Of a DNA stretch of 64,000 nucleotides, positions 1 to 13,017 are shown one piece after another (within the stretch, counting starts at the first letter, position 1; every line of letters starts with the position of its first letter). Below the pieces are notes generated by a model that saw only the letters and a list, made by a program, of their open reading frames with translations, had not been told where the DNA came from and searched no databases. The position numbers were made by a program, and so were the translations under genes. The DNA is from Narcine bancroftii. Its lineage: Eukaryota. Where the stretch lies: assembly GCF_036971445.1 (NCBI RefSeq), contig NC_091475.1, positions 54,126,001-54,190,000 on the forward strand. The letters run 5' to 3'.

Positions 1-1130
1 AATGATGATGCCACCACCCTCCTCACCCACCTGGAAAATAAGGACACATATGTTCGAATGTTGCTCATCACCTTCAGTTCGGCATTCAGCACAGTCAGTA
101 CCTGATAAGGTGGTTGGGCCTGCTGGGGCTAAACACCTCTCTCTGCAATTGGATTCTTGACTTCCAGACGGGAAATCCAGATGAGAAACAGCATTTATAA
201 GATGATTTTCGAGCACAGCCACACCCCCCAACCCTCCTCCCCAGGGCTGCGGGCTTAATCCACTGCTGTTCATTCTGCTGACTCGTGACTGTGCAGCAAA
301 ACCACATCGCCAAGTTCGCTGACGATACGAGCGTGATGGGCCTGATCAGTAAGAATGATGAGTCAGCGTACAGAGATGAGGTGCAGTCGCTAATGGACTG
401 ATGCAGAACCAACAACCTGCATCTGAATGTTAATAAAACACAAGATGTGGTTGTCAACTTCAGTAGGGCCTGGGGGATCATTCTCTGCTGAGCTTTGATG
501 GCTTTACCTTGAGGTTGTCAAGAGTACCAAGTTCCTTAGAGTGCACTTGGCAGAGAATCTCACTTGGTCCTTTAACACCAGCTCCATAGCCAAGAAAGCC
601 CAGCTGCGCCTCTACTTCCTGCAAAGGCTGATGGAAGTCCATCTCCCACCCTCCATCCTCACTACACTCTACAGAGGATGTATAAAGAGCATCCTGTGCA
701 ACTCCATCACTGCCTGGTTTGGAAACTATACCACCTTGGACTGCAAGACCCTGCAGGGGTTAGTGAAGTCAGTGGAGAAGGTTATTGGGGTCTCTCTTCC
801 TACTATGATGGACATCGACAACACACAATGCACGTGGAAAGCAAATGACATTGTGAAGGACTCCACACACCCTTCATGTAAACTTTTCTGCGTTCTTCTG
901 CCATCTGGAAGGAGGTACTGTAGCATTCAGGCCCACACGTCCAGGCTCTACAACAGTTTTTCTCCCCCAAGCCATCGGGCTCCTCAATTCCTGGAACATA
1001 TGTGTATTTGTATATCAAGGATATTTATTGTATTATGACAATATTTAACTCCTATTAACCATGGTCCTGGAGCAATGCTATCGTGTCTTTACTGTTCATT
1101 GTATGAAGGACAATAAAGGTGACTTGACTT
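1..1130 (+). mobile_element. Rex1/Babar-type (L2/CR1-group) LINE, 3' part, decayed
   Basis: RT motifs [18 protein letters not shown] and KFADDT (~313-330); post-RT domain KKAQLRLYFL...ITAWFGN (ORF 541-1038); tail AATAAAGGTGACTTGACTT near 1112-1130. Confidence 0.85.
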
Positions 1131-1319
1131 GTATACCCTGTGCAGTCCTGTCTGGCTTGCAAATTCACACATAAACACATGCAGAAATGCTGGAGGAATG
1201 CAGCCAGTGTCGCAGCATCTGTAGGTAAGTATCAGCCGGAAGACTGGGAAGAACTGCACTACTCTTCTTTCATCCTGTGGCCTGAGATCTTCTCTATTCT
1301 ATTGCTTGGATTGAAGGAC

Positions 1320-1660
1320 TTTGGTTGTGGGGAGACACTGGATAGGCTGGGCTTATTTTCCTTACAACCAAGGAGGCTGAGAAGTGACCTGACGAGAATG
1401 AGGGAATCTTCAGGGCAATCAGAAGCTTCTTCTTTTGGGAGGGGTAGCAAAACAGAAAAGACATCGGTTTAAGGTAAGAGGGAGGAATTTCAAAGGGAAT
1501 TTGAAGGCTAATTTTGTTCATTGATACCTTGAGATGAAATCAGGTACAATTATGTAAGCAAGGTATGGAAGGAAATTGACCAAATGCAGGCAAATGGAAT
1601 TTGTCCAGGCTGGCTAAATGGTTGGCTGAAGTGCCCTTTCTCTGCTATACACCTCAGACT
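1320..1660 (+). mobile_element. CR1 LINE 3' remnant
   Basis: LDRLGLFSLQPRRLRSDL motif followed by CR1-type 3' UTR. Confidence 0.75.
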
Positions 1661-1779
1661 CTAAACTTTCAGATGAACTTCAACTGAAAGACAGCAACTC
1701 TGACATTACAGTCCAACTGGAGAGTGAGAGTCCATATTGGATGCTCAAGATCCGAGTGTTGCGTGACATCATGCCCTGT

Positions 1780-2256
1780 TTGAAATATAGAAAAGGTTCG
1801 TTATGCAATTAATAATTCAGGGATAGGATTCCAGAAGTTATGGGGATCATTTATGACTCATTATCTTACTTTATAATTTTACTCCAATATAATTAAATTG
1901 TCTGACTTGTATCTTTTCCACTTTTCTTATATTAATATATTTTAAACCTTCATTTTTCTTTTAATACCAGTCATATCCAACATCTTGGCAACATGATTAG
2001 GGAAGGGGTTTAGGTTTTTCTCCTCTACTATTTTATTCTTTCCTCTTTTAATTTGTATTATTAGAGTTTTGTTTCTTAAAAAGATATATACTGTTTAGAA
2101 TATGAATTATGGATATGATTTACAATTTATGTATGTTAGTGATATACAGAATATCTTATTTAGTTTATGTAACTGTCCACACTATCTTATTGAATTGCAC
2201 CCTTTTTGTTTGTACAAGTTCTTTATTAAAATAAATAAAACATATTTAAAAAAGAA
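1780..2256 (+). mobile_element. L1/Tx1-like 3' UTR remnant
   Basis: AT-rich UTR ending AATAAA plus A-rich tail, resembling the other L1 ends in the window. Confidence 0.4.
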
Positions 2257-2517
2257 TAAAGAAACAGAAAAGATTCAAGAGTGGTTCTTGAGCGACTCTT
2301 TTGATGATTGAGATGTTCAGAAAGCTGGGACTTGACCTTCCCTGCTTCCACAATAACTCATCCGTCCAGTACACTGGCTTGAAACCTTGTACCCAAGATT
2401 GCCTGCAGGATGAGTCAGACTGTCTCTGACTGTTGCAACTGAGCTATAGCCTCTGGTACCAATTGCAAGCTCTCAGATAGTCCAATCTCAACATGAACCC
2501 GCAGCCCCAGCAAATCA

Positions 2518-2950
2518 CAGGACACGTCTCCAGAATGGAGGACCATCGCCTCCCCAAGATCGTGTCCTATGGCGAGCTCTCCACTGGCCATCGTGTCAGA
2601 GGTGCACCAAAGAAGAGGTACAAGGACTGCGTAAAGAAATCTCTTGGTGCCTGCCACATTGACCACCGCCAGTGGGCTGATATCGCCTCAAACCGTGCAT
2701 CTTGGCGCCTCACAGTTCGGCGGGCCTTTGAAGAAGACCGCAGAGCCCACCTCCCTGACAAAAGACAAAGGAGGAAAAACCCAACACCCAACCCCAAGCC
2801 ACCAATTTTCCCCTGCAACCGCTGCAACCGTGTCTGCCTGTCCCGCACCGGACTTGTCAGCCACAAACGAGCCTGCAGCTGATGTGGACATTTACCCCCT
2901 CCATAAATCTTCGTCCGCGAAGCCAAGCCAAAGAAGAAAGAAGAAGAAGA
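2518..2950 (+). mobile_element. RTE-clade LINE, 5'-truncated
   Basis: GHVSRMEDHRLPK...FPCNRCNRVCLSRTGLVSHKRAC (C-terminal C2H2-like motif); (GAA)n tail; close match to the copy at 56359-57117. Confidence 0.92.
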
Positions 2951-3690
2951 TAAAAGGAATGGAGAGAACTTCTCCTTTATTTCCAGATGTTATTGTGGCT
3001 ACGAGAGTCTGGGAACAAATAGAGCATGAAATAAAACTGAAAATACGTCTGTGCTCGTTTTCATCACAGACTTGATGTGTGGCCTGGATTGAAAGTCCTG
3101 AGGGGCCCTGAAATGCAGCCTCTGGCCTCATCTCCAGTGTGGAGTAATTCATCAGCAGCTGCTGCTCCTCCTCCCATGGCAGTTCATCTGTGAGAAACAC
3201 AAACTCCCGGTCGTCATCAATTGCCCACGGGGGCAGTCAATGGTGGAGAACTGGAGTAGCCAACAGCTGCACATCAGCAATGTGGTGGCAAGGATAATAT
3301 TCCAATCCTCCAAGCTTCACTGAAAGCTCCTGTTAACATTCACTCAATGTGTAGGGTATAAGCCCGCCCTCTGCTGAACTTCATCACCATTCCATATATC
3401 TAACCCTGTGCGTCAGTAGCCATGTTAGTCTAATAGAAAGATGAGAAAGTATCATGTCTCCGTGTGTGAGTACATACACAGCACAATATCCCACCTTTGA
3501 TTAGTGGTCATTCAGTGAAGAGTAATTTATTAAAGAGATTCTTACTGTTGGCTCTTCATTAATAGTCTGATAAATAGAATGATTGCTTGTTGCAGCCATT
3601 TTTTTAGTTGTTCTGGGAGAATACTCAGGACCTGATGATCTGCCTCCCAACCTGATACTGGCTGACTATTACCAAGCTTTGGTGGAACAC

Positions 3691-3903
3691 TGTATTGCAG
3701 TCATTGTACTGGTTGGCCCATCCCTGATACTGTAACTCCTCCCCTTCCAGAATTTCTAATAAAGGTGGTATCACCCAATCACCTCCCTCAATATTGCCTT
3801 GGAATCAGACTAACAGCATGTAAGATATGACTGTAAATTCATAGTGATTAAAGCCTATTAATCTCGACTTCTTGTTAAGTTGGGTCTAATTAAGAGCATT
3901 ACA
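3691..3903 (+). mobile_element. short solo-LTR-like element
   Basis: TGTA...TTACA termini; ATTAAAGCCT signal shared with elements at 39822 and 40791; no clear TSD. Confidence 0.5.
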
Positions 3904-3959
3904 CAAGCCAACATGAGTAAAGACAAGTTTGCAAATGAGGTCTAAAATTGGAAACACAG

Positions 3960-4960
3960 ACCGCAAATGGCAGAATGTGAAACAAAACTCACTCGGCTAG
4001 GAGGAGCAACATTAGACGGAGGGAAAAATAGTCATTGTTTTCAGTCAAAGCCATGTTGGAAAAGCTGATGTAAAGAGGATAGGGTCCCATGTGGGATTTA
4101 AGCATGATGGACAGAGGAAGTAGACTGGAAGATGTCAGACAGAGAGACAAAAAAAAACCAAAGGAGTCAGGTGGAAGAAGGTGACTCACTCAGGGTGGAG
4201 TGCGTTATAAGAAGTCAAAGGTTGCCAGTGCTGGAAGCTGATAAGCCGAGAAGGTGAGAAAGGTGGATTAGAGAGAGACAAGATTGAACCGAATTTGGGG
4301 TTGGGGAAACAGTTGAAGAACTCATCTCCTCAAAACTTGACCTTGGGAAGCATGATTGGTGTAGCAGTTAGCACAATGCTGTTACAGAGTCAGTGACCAG
4401 GACTGGGGTTTGAATCCTGCACTGTTTGTATGTTCTCCCCTTGTCTGCGTGGGGGGGGGGGTTCCAATTTCCTCCCACCCTCCAAAACGTACTGGAGGAT
4501 TGTAGGTCAGTTGGGTATAATTGGGTGGCATGACCTGTTACTGTGCTGTATGTCTAAATTAAAAAAAATTACAACATCTAAATATTTAAATTTGAATTCT
4601 ACAGTGGCCATCTCAAGTTCCTCGCCGCACATCATTTTAACTCCCCTTCCCACTCCAACCTGCCCTTCCTCAGGGTTCTCCACTAATAGAGAAGCCCGAC
4701 ACAAACTAATGAAATGACATCTCATGTTCCGCCTGAGCAGTCACAACTCAGTGGTATGAACATTGAATTTTTCAGGTAAATCTTACCTCTGCACTCCCTG
4801 CTCTCTCTGTCCTTGCGAGCTATCTCCCATCCTCCCAGCTTCGTTCCATTCCTCAAAAGTTGAAGCCTCAGACAGTCCATTAAACACCTGAGTAGACTGC
4901 CTGCTTTGCACAAGCTGCCTTCTTCATGAAAAAATTGGAAGTCAAAACAGAAAATATTCA
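3960..4960. mobile_element. Penelope-like element remnant with inverted arms, interrupted by a SINE
   Basis: + strand EARHKL..HLMFRL...GMNIEF (GIY-YIG C-terminus, ~4690-4775); inverted pLTR-like arm at ~3960-4330. Confidence 0.6.
4350..4570 (+). mobile_element. tRNA-derived V-SINE (HE1-like)
   Basis: A box TGGTGTAGCAGTTAG, B box GGTTTGAATCC, V core TGTTCTCCCC..TCTGCGTGGG..TTTCCTCCCAC, CR1-type tail. Confidence 0.8.
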
Positions 4961-6069
4961 CCTGTGTGAATCAGGCATTAATAAATGTCGCCATTTTTAT
5001 TATAAAGTCAACATTCCTGAGATGATGATTATTTTTATTTTTTGTTTGAGGTGTAAACTGCAAAATATTTGGGTAACGATCAAATTCTGACCAACGTTAA
5101 ACACTTGATCGCTGTTGATTTAAATTCACTAAATCTGTTTTGATATTTACCATCTGCAAAATTAATGGGTCTAAGGCAGACTGGGGTATTGTATTGGGGA
5201 ATTAAGAAAGATATATCCATGTAAATTAAATTACAACCCTGTGTGGAGACCAAATTGGGAGAGGAATTGGTTCATTTAAAAAAATTTGACAGGTAGCCAG
5301 GAGCAGAACAAGTCTTCATGATACCACAGCCCTCTCAAAAGAATCCTATAGTTTTCGCTGAATTATTGCAACAGCTAAGGTTTAGCCGTGGGTATTTCTG
5401 AACATACATTATTGATTGCACATGGTCCACAATATATATTAATATGAATCCCAAGAATTCCTTGCATAGTGTAGTTTGGGGACACAAGAGCTTCAGATGC
5501 TGCAATCTTGACCAAAGGAAAGCCGAGGGTCACAATGGATCAGGGAGTGTCCTTGTAAAGAAATGGAGAGTCAACGTTTCTTAACCCTCAAGTTTAAAGT
5601 CTTCTCGCTTCTTCCTCATAAGATAACTTGACTCAGTTTCATGGACATTTATTACCTTGTAGCATCTTCCCCAAATGGCCATTAGTGAAATTATGTACTT
5701 CTTGCTGGAAAGACGCCTCAGGCTAAACTAAAACAATTCTTCATAAATGCTTACACTTTCAACCATTTCAGTGGGTCCCACCTGATTGCAAACTCTAGTA
5801 GAAATTGGAGCTCTCAATTTGCTCTGAGAAGCAATGTGGCCACCAACAATCTGCATGGTAATAGAGGAAACAGCAGCAATTTCTGGAATACACCTATTCA
5901 TGGAGAAACATGCAAACTTGAAGGTTGCGGTCAGAGTTTCCCTTCTCTTCCAAGCACCATTCCTTCTATGCTGTACTTACTGGAGATCAATAAATTAATG
6001 AAAACTTCATCTGTTTATGAACTAGCTTGGGTCAAAAAAAAAATCCTAACAATATAACAGAATTACAGA

Positions 6070-6330
6070 GTGGAGTGGCTGGTAGAAGAGCTGTCAGGTA
6101 GCGCCAGAGACCTAGGTTAAATCCTGAGGTCAGGTATTGTCTGTGTTGACTTTACACCTTCTCCTTGTCACCACCTTGATTTCATCTGGGTGCTTCACTT
6201 TCCCCCTGCACCTTGAAGACATGCAGTTTAGTTGGTAAATGGACTTCTATAATTTGTTGACCGTGTGTAGGTGGGTGGCAAAATCTGGAGGGAGCTCCAT
6301 GTCTCCATGCCACAAGGAGAAGTGAGTATG
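6070..6330 (+). mobile_element. decayed V-SINE
   Basis: degenerate A/B boxes and V core; an antisense fragment lies at ~5800-5930. Confidence 0.55.
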
Positions 6331-6699
6331 TTATGGCTAACTCAACCACTTTACTGTTTAACATTCTCCCCACCACAAAAAAAACCTCTTCTAACATTGA
6401 ATTTAATGTTTCAATTGTTATTCCCTCAGATAAATAATTTAAAATTACCAAACTGTTTAAAGATCCTGTCCTGTCCCCTGCATTTCAGTTGTTGATTGCC
6501 TTTTTGCAGTGGAAAGACTCAGTACGAATGTATCACCCAATTATGCAAAAGACCTTCTTTCGATTTCTCAAAGACAAAAAAAACCAAACTTGCTTCTGGA
6601 TTCATAATGGCCTCTGTTCAAACTCCACATTAATGAAGAGAAAAACAAAGCTGTTCCTTCTTATCAACTTTCATTGCCCAGACTGTGATAATAGGCACA

Positions 6700-6830
6700 T
6701 GATGTCTCAGAAAAGAATCTAGACTCAAAATGTTGACTCTCCATTTCTCTCCATGGATGCTGCCTGAGATGCTGGTCCCTCCAGCTTCACTTTGTTTGCT
6801 CAAGGTTCCAGCACCTTGAGTCTCCAGTGC
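6700..6830 (+). mobile_element. Penelope-like pseudo-LTR remnant
   Basis: AAAATGTTGAC...GGATGCTGCCTGA...CCTCCAGC tail shared with 24530-24655. Confidence 0.55.
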
Positions 6831-7089
6831 AGTAGTTCTGGCCAGATGTTGATCATCGATGTCAAAATGTAACACAAGCAAAGGATCATTCAAATGTGCA
6901 GCCATTCTTATGGTACTAAGCCACCTGGCTTCAATGATAAACATTAAAGGTTAGTTATCTTTTCTTTAACATCTCTCTAAAATGCCTGATATTGGCAAAA
7001 ATGATTGCAGCTGAAGAAACATATTTGAACTGAACCAAAATATGAACCAAAAATGTGAATGTGGCTCACATCGCCATACAAGTCTTTCT

Positions 7090-7375
7090 CCTGCTCCACG
7101 ACTCTATCAAAACTTTCTGCTGCCTTGGAGAAGCAGTCAACATATAAAAAGACTCATCGCACCCCCAGCTACACTCTCTGCACCCCAGGTAAATACACTA
7201 CCAAATTCAGGGATGGCTTCTTTTCCATTGTTATCAAACTCCCGCATGAACCTCACATTTATGCTCTGTACCAACTGATCTCTCTCTGCACTTCTGAATC
7301 CTGTGCCATGACTTTCTTGCTGTTCTGTGAAAAGGATGCCCAGCACACTTTGGTACATGTGACAATCAACTGAAA
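7090..7375 (+). mobile_element. Rex1-type LINE 3' end
   Basis: similar to the 3' end of 1-1130; GTACATGTGACAAT tail. Confidence 0.6.
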
Positions 7376-7549
7376 TAAATTAAAGCCACAAGAATGACTC
7401 CTTTAATAAGAGTACGCCGAACGTCATCTTGTTTGATTCCCAAAGCTACGTTTTGGTGCATTCTCTGAAACCAGGAGGTTATGTGAATTTTAATGGAGTG
7501 TAATCGGTCACAATGCTATCAACTTGATGGCCCATCTCACAATATCTGA

Positions 7550-8350
7550 TTTCAGATTTATTGTCAGATTTCAGATTTATCACATAGATTCTTTTCACTG
7601 TGGGTGAGGCAGAAGTTTTGGTAATGTAGAAAAATACCTGTACAAACCATATACATGTAAACAACTAAGAACTGTAAACAGATTATGAATGTAAATAAAC
7701 TAACCGTGCAATACAGAGAGAATAAAAAAATAATAAAATGCCCAAGTAAGAATCCTTAAATGAGTCCCTAATTGTTTTTTGTTGAGGAATCTGATGGTGG
7801 AGGGGTAGCAGCTGTTCCCGAACCAGGTGGTGAGAGTCTTGTGGCACCGATAACTCTTTCCTGATGGCAGCAGCGAGAACAGAGTGTGTGCTGGGTGGTG
7901 TGGATCCTTGATGATTGCTGCTGCTCTCCAATGGCAGCATTCTCTGTAAATGTTCTCGATAGAGGGGAGGGTTTTCCTGTGATGTCTGGGCTGTCTCCAC
8001 TACCTTTTGGAGAGGTTTACGCTCAGGGGTATTGGTGTTCCCATACAAGACTGTGATGCAGCCGGTCAGCACACTTTCCACCACACTGCTGTAGAAATTT
8101 GCCAGGGCTTCCAGTGTCATACCAAACCTCCACAAGCTCCTGAGGAAGTAGAGGCACTGACGTGCTTTCTTCACGATGTCATTGGCGTGTTGGGTCCAAG
8201 AAAGATCCTCCGAGATAGTGACTCCCAAGAACTTAAGTTTGCTCACTCTCTCCACCTCTGATCACTGGATCGTTCACCTCTGGCTTTCCTTTCCTGAAGT
8301 TAACAATCAGCTCCTTAGTTTTGATGACACTGAGTGCAAGGTTGTTGTTG
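7550..8350 (-). mobile_element. Rex1/Babar-type LINE, 5'-truncated
   Basis: ORF 7683-8255 ERVSKLKFLGVTISEDLSW...KKARQCLYFLRSL; (ATCTGA)-type tail near 7545-7580. Confidence 0.88.
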
Positions 8351-9039
8351 ATGCACGGTACAGATGGCACAGGAAAATGAACCTCAAGGCCTGGTTACAA
8401 CTGTTGATGCAGTGGTATTGTTGGCAAAAAGAACAATCACTGATTTGACTTCTTTCCCAACATTGCTGCACACCTTCCAAAATATCAAATTAATATGCAG
8501 AAACAAACCCGAATGCACAGAATTGAGTGGGGAGCAGCGTGAGGGCTTGGAGGCAAAGTCAAACCAATTAGTCCTTGATTCTAGACAGTTTTGAGATTAA
8601 GTACAACTACTTACTTTTGATGCCTTTATAATTATCCCTTATCTTTATGCATTCCAAATTACACGCTGAACTGAAAAGGAACACATTTCTCCCATTGATT
8701 AAATTGGCTCCATTGTTTCTCATGGTGCAATCACTCCCTTCCCTTCTTATCAATGAAACCAACTCATTCATCCATCCTGACCTCATGAGAGGGGAATGAC
8801 GGCATTCCAGAAATCAGACGTTAGACCAGAATAAAGCTGTTTACTCCACTTCCTCTGGTTTCTGACCTCCAAAGTCCCTCTGCACAACCTTTCGAGCATT
8901 GCTCTAATTGCATTTCTCCCTTACAAGTCTATCAGCATCTGGCGCCTGTGGGAGGTGAAAACCAAATATTGTCATCATTTATTATTTTTGGCAACCGGAG
9001 AGCAGGGAGGTGGGGGGGGGGGGTTCCCCATTGAGGAAA

Positions 9040-9170
9040 AAGAAAATCTGCAGGTCCTGAAGTCGAGTGCAGTGCACCAAAGCGCTGGAGAAGCTCAGCA
9101 GGTCATTCAGCATCCAGTGGAAGCGAAAGGAAGTTGATGTTCCGGGCCTGAGCCCATCGTCTGAATGAAA
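9040..9170 (-). mobile_element. Penelope-like pseudo-LTR with degenerate hammerhead-like core
   Basis: minus strand CAGACGA-TGGGCTCAGGCCC-GGAAC followed by GACCTGCTGAGCTTCTCCAGC tail. Confidence 0.6.
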
Positions 9171-10107
9171 GGTCAACTCGTACAATTTCTTTTTTGAGTT
9201 GCTCCCCCTCGGGGAGATATTCTCAGGCTCAACTTGATGACATAATTATTTGAATTATGTCTTAATAGAAAAATCCCCTATATTTTGACCAATTTATTTT
9301 GGACTTACTGCACTAATTAAATGTTATTCTCATAATTTTTCTGTCATGCAGGAATTAGCTATTTTTTATGTCACAGAACAAAATTTCATGACACATAAAA
9401 CTGATTCTGATTCTTTAAAGTAAATTTTGAGTAAATAAGTCAGTAATTCATATGCTTCCATCCTTAACGTCCAGCCATCACAGAAAAAAATGGATTTTTA
9501 TCAGCCACGGCATTCCAGATATCAGATACATCAATATATTACTATTATATTAATATAATCATATTAAAACAAAGATATAGTAATCCAATATGTTTTTTAT
9601 TCTTACTTTTTTCAAATATTTAATTGACATGTATCCACTAAATCAGGCACTGGAGATGATCAGAAATACTTGAGGAATGATTAATTTTATATTTTCTGTT
9701 GAAGGTCCAGTACAATAGCACAGAGAAATTTCAAATCTTGCTCTGCTGTGTTGGGTTGGCATTGCCTACTTGAAATGACTATATATTTTTTATACCAGAT
9801 TTTTCATTCACGCTTAATGTGGAGTGGATCAGCTGGAATATCAAATGTTTTTTTTTTAAATTTTTTATTTTTCACACCATAAATCACATTAGCCATGATA
9901 TACACTTTTTCTTTTTCACACATATACAGTGACTTTTTCTCCCCCCCCCCCCCCTCCTCCCAAGCCACCCCCCCAACCCCCCCTCTCATCCATTTTAGGT
10001 ATACAATCTAGGTTGCATTAAGCCAGTCAGACAATGTTGTCATTTCACAAAAATACACCAGAAATTCTACTGAGTCCATTCTTTTCTTTCCTTCTCCTTC
10101 CATCAAC

Positions 10108-10347
10108 TTAGGTAATGTTTGTCCCCGGTAGGTTTTCGCTATTGTATTTAATGTAAGGCTCCCATACTTGTTCGAATATTTCAATATTATTTCTTAAACT
10201 ATATGTTATTTTTTCTAATGGAATACATTTATTCATTTCTATATACCATTGTTGTATTTTCAAATTGTCTTCCAATTTCCAGGTTGACATAGTACATTTT
10301 TTTTGCTACGGCTAGGGCTATCTTAACAAATCTTTTTTGTGCATCCT
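10108..10347 (-). pseudogene. L1/Tx1 ORF2 extreme C-terminus
   Basis: IALAVAKK..W...QQWYIEMNKCIPLEKITY..FEQVWEPY motif. Confidence 0.85.
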
Positions 10348-10586
10348 AATGGCACATTTTTGCTAATTAGTATAGCCACTCCTCTTGCTTTTGAATTATA
10401 CGATGCTGCTGTTACATGTCCTACCCAATCTCTCTTTAATTTCTTGTGCTCCAATTCAGTTAAGTGTGTTTCTTGGGCAAATGCTATATCAATTTTTTCC
10501 TTTTTCAGTAAATTTAGTAGTTTCTTCCTTTTAATTTGGTTATGTATTCCATTAATATTTAAAGTCATATAGTTCAGCGTAGCCAT
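10348..10586 (-). pseudogene. L1/Tx1 ORF2 N-terminus (APE endonuclease start)
   Basis: MTLNINGI...IDIAFAQETHL...SKARGVAILI motifs. Confidence 0.9.
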
Positions 10587-11154
10587 TTTATATTTTGTTT
10601 ATCTTCTCTTTCCGTTTTTCCATCATTACCTTTCCTCCTTTTCCATTTCTGTTTTCTTATTTTCAACTCTTTATAAGACAACATTCCTACAACATCCAAC
10701 ATTTTCCTTATTCTCCTATTTCTATTTTCTTTATCCCCACTCTCCTCTTCCCCTCCTGAGTTGTCCTTTATCCCTTGTCGGACAACCACATCTCCCCTCT
10801 CCATTTGGATTTGCGAATCCACTCGCAAGCGTCAACTGATTTTGCAGTGACCGCTATTTCCCCCCCACCCAGCCCCCCCAGAAAAGATTTCACTTTTCAT
10901 ATGTCACAAAGGTCACTCTTTTAATTCCCTCCTTATTCTCTCTATTCCATTACCTTCCCTTATTAATTCTTGTCTATACTATCTATATTTTCCTCTAAGT
11001 ACAGATACATTCACATATGCACATTGTCTCTATTCACTCTTATACCTCTTTACCCGCATACATATCAATCGTGATCATTTTTACTCTCATTACCCGTCTT
11101 CATCCCTCAGTCTATTTTTGTCTTTACCCACATACATATCAATCTTGATCATTT

Positions 11155-11640
11155 TAAGAAATAACATAAAGATAGTGGGCCTTAAGGAAGACGAAGAAGG
11201 CAAGAATATGAGGGAGTTTATAAAAGAGTGGATCCCTAAGACCCTAGGATGTCCAGAACTACAGCAAGAAATGGAAATAGAAAGGGCACATAGAGCATTG
11301 GCCTCTAAACCACAACCACAACAAAAACCAAGATCTATTGTAGTAAAATTCCTAAGATATACTACAAGAGAAAAGGTACTGGAGAAGACAATGGAAAAAG
11401 TAAGAGAGGGCAACAAACCACTGGAGTATAAAGGGCAAAAAATCTTCATTTATCCAGATATAAGTTTTGAACTCCTAAAGAAGAGAAAAGAGTTCAATAC
11501 AGCAAAGGCGATTTTATGGAAGAAAGGGTATAAATTTATACTAAAGCATCCAGCGGTATTGAAAATATTTATTCCAGGACAACAAAACAGACTATTCTCG
11601 GATCCAGAAGAAGCACGAAAATTTGCAGAACAATTACAAA
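11155..11640 (+). pseudogene. L1 ORF1p RRM/CTD portion (inverted segment)
   Basis: RNNIKIVGLKE...EIERAHR...PRSIVVKFLRY...IFIYPDIS; no stop over ~160 codons. Confidence 0.9.
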
Positions 11641-12149
11641 AATATCAAATGTTGATGTCTCCTAGAGAACATGTACTTTTGTTCCGATACCATTGGAGTA
11701 TCTTTCCTTGATACAAGAGATGAAAATTGATCTGACTGGAAAATCTATGAAAATCCAGATGATAAATTGAAAATGAACAAAGCTAAAATTCACTAAAGTT
11801 CATTTATGGCATTGTTGCCATGCAACCTCACATTCATCTTTTGACAAACACCGTTGCTCAAAGCAGAAAAACAAAGAACATTTACTTAATGCAGTTTAAC
11901 ACTTGCTGCCCAGCAGCAGAGCAATTTTGCAGCTAAAGCAAAATACTTCATTTTGCCAAAGCCCTTTTCAATACAGGGAATGACTGTAATATGGTGTTTG
12001 CATCTCAAAAGGGTGCTTGAGCTGACCAACAAAGATATATTTTATCATGTGCTCATCCTGAGGGAGTCATCCTATTGGTTGAACTCTGTCTGACTCTCGC
12101 CTCATTTCTTTCTACTCCTACCTCTTAATCTCTCTTGTTTTTCCCCTTT

Positions 12150-12345
12150 GGTTTTTCTTTGGCCACCAATTGAAGCAAAGGGGAAACTTGCAGAAGGTAG
12201 TTTTCATTCCAGTTTGTGGTCTGAGGGGTGAATCTGGTGTTACCAGGGATGACACATGGTCACGGAGAGGACATGCAAGCTCCACACAGGCAACAACTCA
12301 GGTCGGGATTGACCCTTGGTCTCTCGAGATACGAGGACGCAGCAC
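12150..12345 (-). mobile_element. decayed V-SINE
   Basis: reverse complement of V core (GGAGAGGACATGCAAGCTCCACACAG) and B box. Confidence 0.6.
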
Positions 12346-13017
12346 CAACAAAGGGGAAGGGAATGGAAGGATTGGGTTTTCAGATGAGAACAAATCATCT
12401 GGTTGCAAGGACGCCTTAAGCAGAGCGGCCCACCATCGCCAGGACTGGGTGTTACCACTGGAGCCATTAATCAACTGGATGGCTCACAAGACTGTCTTGT
12501 ATCTTGAAGTCAAGCTTGTGTGAATTTCTATAAATAGCTCACTCCATTTTTTGTAGTGAAAGAAGAAGTAAAGAGAGTTTGGGTGTAGTTTGGTGGAACT
12601 CTGTCAGTCGTCAATTCTCTGAGTAATCTCAAAGTTGGAGTTAGATTCCTCAGCTACGCATGCAGCCCAAACATTTTGGGCACAGTTACAACACTGGTGA
12701 GTGCAAAGACCACCATGGTTACATTTAGTCAACTGCAGTATTTCTATGCAGTAATTTCTCCATAATTCTCTAAAAGATTATCCAGGAATAAAATAATCCA
12801 ACAGTTCTTGTTCTCCTACACTTTTGGGGAAAATTATCCTGAAGCTTTAATCTCTGTCACATATACCAAGGATGGTATTGCTTGTGTGGAAGGAGTGGTG
12901 TCATGTTTGAAATGATACTTCAGGTACAAGTGCCATGTGGTCCCATGTCCACTTGAAATGTTATGCCCTGACATCCTTCCAGATGGACACTAACAATTTA
13001 CTTTGCATCTTGCATTG

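Larger units (their letters stand above)
9850..11640 (-). mobile_element. L1/Tx1-clade LINE insertion, 5'-inverted and internally deleted
   Basis: poly(A) tail seen as T-run from ~9848; 13-bp TSD AATATCAAATGTT at 9837-9849 and 11641-11653; ORF2 pieces on minus, ORF1 piece on plus. Confidence 0.92.

Noticed and set aside
3040-3235. Peptide FLTDELPWEEEQQLL resembling an LTR-element RT/RNase H linker
   Set aside because: Too short, stop codon just upstream, no flanking pol motifs.
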